The notes under the pieces were generated by a model. It did not search any database, was not told the DNA's origin, and was given only the letters and a program-made list of their open reading frames with translations. The translations under genes were made by a program, and so were the position numbers. Of a DNA stretch of 18,483 nt, positions 17,322-18,483 are shown piece after piece. Source of the DNA: an uncultured Deinococcales bacterium (GTDB lineage: Bacteria; Deinococcota; Deinococci; Deinococcales; JAAFIG01); contig CAXTKV010000100.1 of assembly GCA_964244895.1 (NCBI GenBank), forward strand, positions 1 through 18,483. Direction: 5' to 3'. Positions within the stretch are counted from its first letter, which is position 1, and each line of letters begins with the position of its first letter.

Positions 17322-17822
17322 ATGAAGAAATTGACCCTGATCGCGGCCCTCGGCCTGATGCTTTCCGGTTGCACCATCTCCGTTTTCCCCGGTACAGGCG
17401 GAAATGGTGGCTCGACGACCATCAGCAATTTGAGCTTTTCCAGCGATTCTCGGGACAGCAGCGGCAAGAGCTACATCTGCGACAACTACACCACCCAACT
17501 GACCTACACCTTCCAGTACGCGGGATCGCTGGCGTCCTGGCGGTCTTCGCTGGTCGGCAAGCAGAGCGGTCAAACGGCTGGCACGGCTGACTTTTACCTG
17601 AACGGCCCGGGCGTGAACGCCGCCGGGAACCTGGTCAGCGTGACGTACAACGTTCCACCGAACGCCGCGCCGCTGTCCGTTCCTGCGGGCATCAAACCGC
17701 AATCGATCATCGTCGTGCCGAACGTCAAGGGTTACACCGACCTGAAGCTGACGTTCTACGATTCGAACGGCAATGCGGGAACGGTCAGGCTGAATTCGGA
17801 CATTCCAGTTCAGGACTGCTGA
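17322..17822 (+). CDS. Lipoprotein of unknown function, predicted beta-rich
   Basis: MKK + hydrophobic stretch + lipobox LSG-C; Gly/Thr linker; GGGAG RBS upstream. Confidence 0.85.
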   Translation: MKKLTLIAALGLMLSGCTISVFPGTGGNGGSTTISNLSFSSDSRDSSGKSYICDNYTTQLTYTFQYAGSLASWRSSLVGKQSGQTAGTADFYLNGPGVNAAGNLVSVTYNVPPNAAPLSVPAGIKPQSIIVVPNVKGYTDLKLTFYDSNGNAGTVRLNSDIPVQDC

Positions 17823-17835
17823 ACCCGATCACGGA

Positions 17836-17883
17836 ACCGTCTGGCACGCGAGAAACAGTGCGCGTGCCAGACGGTCTTTTTTT
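17836..17883 (+). terminator. Intrinsic terminator built from a variant of the REP-like repeat
   Basis: ACCGTCTGGCACGCG-N10-CGCGTGCCAGACGGT (15-bp perfect stem) followed by C and T7, 13 nt after the stop. Confidence 0.75.
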
Positions 17884-18366
17884 CGCACCTCGAGGATGGC
17901 AAATTTCGAGACTCGAAGGCTCAGATCTAAAACTCGAGCCGAACCGCGCGGGATTCACGGCGTGCAGGTTGGATTTTGCGAACTGGATCACGCTTCGCAT
18001 TCGCCGTGGATTACGGTCACGGAAACCCGAGATTAATAGAGTCCTGATGCAACCAACCTTCGACTCGAGCATCGGGCATCGCACGCTCGAGAAACCCGAT
18101 CGACGCAAGCTCGTTGAGCACTCGAGCCAAAACCTGAAGCTCTCCTGAAATATCTACTCAGTTCATCTCTGTGAAATCGTGAAAAAATAGATTAAGATTC
18201 TTTACCGTTCCAGGTTTTTCATGCCATAAAGCACTTTTTATTCTACTTACGCAGCAATTGAGTGCTGTCATTCAAATTTTTGGTAGCTCAGGTTAACGCA
18301 AACCATATTCCATGCCCTTAGTCTTCAAATCGGCTTACGCAAAGCCATACGACTCAGGAGGTCGAT

Positions 18367-18483
18367 ATGAAGAAATTGTTGATTGCAGGTGCAATGGCTG
18401 TCATGGCCACAGCCTTCGCGCAGGACATGATGAGCAAAACCGTGGTCGAGATCGCGGCAGCCAACAAGGATTTCACCACCCTG
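18367..18483 (+). CDS. Fasciclin (FAS1) domain secreted protein, 5' part only
   Basis: AGGAGG RBS (18356-18361); signal peptide MKKLLIAGAMAVMATAFA, then KTVVEIAAANKDFTTL, the usual opening of bacterial FAS1 domains. Confidence 0.75.
   Translation, partial: MKKLLIAGAMAVMATAFAQDMMSKTVVEIAAANKDFTTL

Noticed and set aside
104..17883. Palindromic repeats as CRISPR repeats or integron attC sites
   Set aside because: Dispersed and irregularly spaced; flanked genes are in both orientations with their own promoters; no GTTRRRY/RYYYAAC architecture or integrase seen.
17858..18148. 96-aa and 107-aa overlapping ORFs after the lipoprotein
   Set aside because: The plus ORF starts within the terminator hairpin and the minus ORF overlaps the lipoprotein; neither has initiation signals or motifs.
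18297..18360. c-di-GMP-I (GEMM) riboswitch suggested by GCAAACCAT...ACGCAAAGCC
   Set aside because: No GNRA-capped stem or GGGACGC pairing, and no room for the second hairpin before the start codon; an Rfam scan would settle it.

Overview
GC-rich bacterial chromosomal segment, probably Deinococcota. This is inferred from leaderless genes with a TANNNT box 5-8 nt before the start codon, not from a marker gene. It encodes mostly metabolic and signalling proteins: XdhC, a membrane-anchored PP2C phosphatase, a YqhA-like membrane protein, a MalY/PatB PLP enzyme, a tandem GNAT, a GlcF-like Fe-S/CCG protein, a small hypothetical, an MBL-fold hydrolase, a coupled pair of exported proteins (HExxH peptidase + beta-propeller + putative beta-barrel; DUF3352-like), a hybrid histidine kinase with a single-domain response regulator, a lipoprotein and the start of a fasciclin protein. 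No transposase, RNA gene or CRISPR array was seen. The most notable signals are outside the annotated proteins: (1) a palindromic REP-like repeat (core ACCGTCCAGCACG) in almost every longer intergenic gap, in compact and doubled forms with compensatory changes; (2) about 85 CTCGAG sites by manual count; (3) a 3x24-nt repeat forming a mini-ORF that links the kinase stop to the regulator start through two GTGA overlaps; (4) a 59-aa ORF missing from the ORF track; (5) a separate GTAG-type REP doublet.
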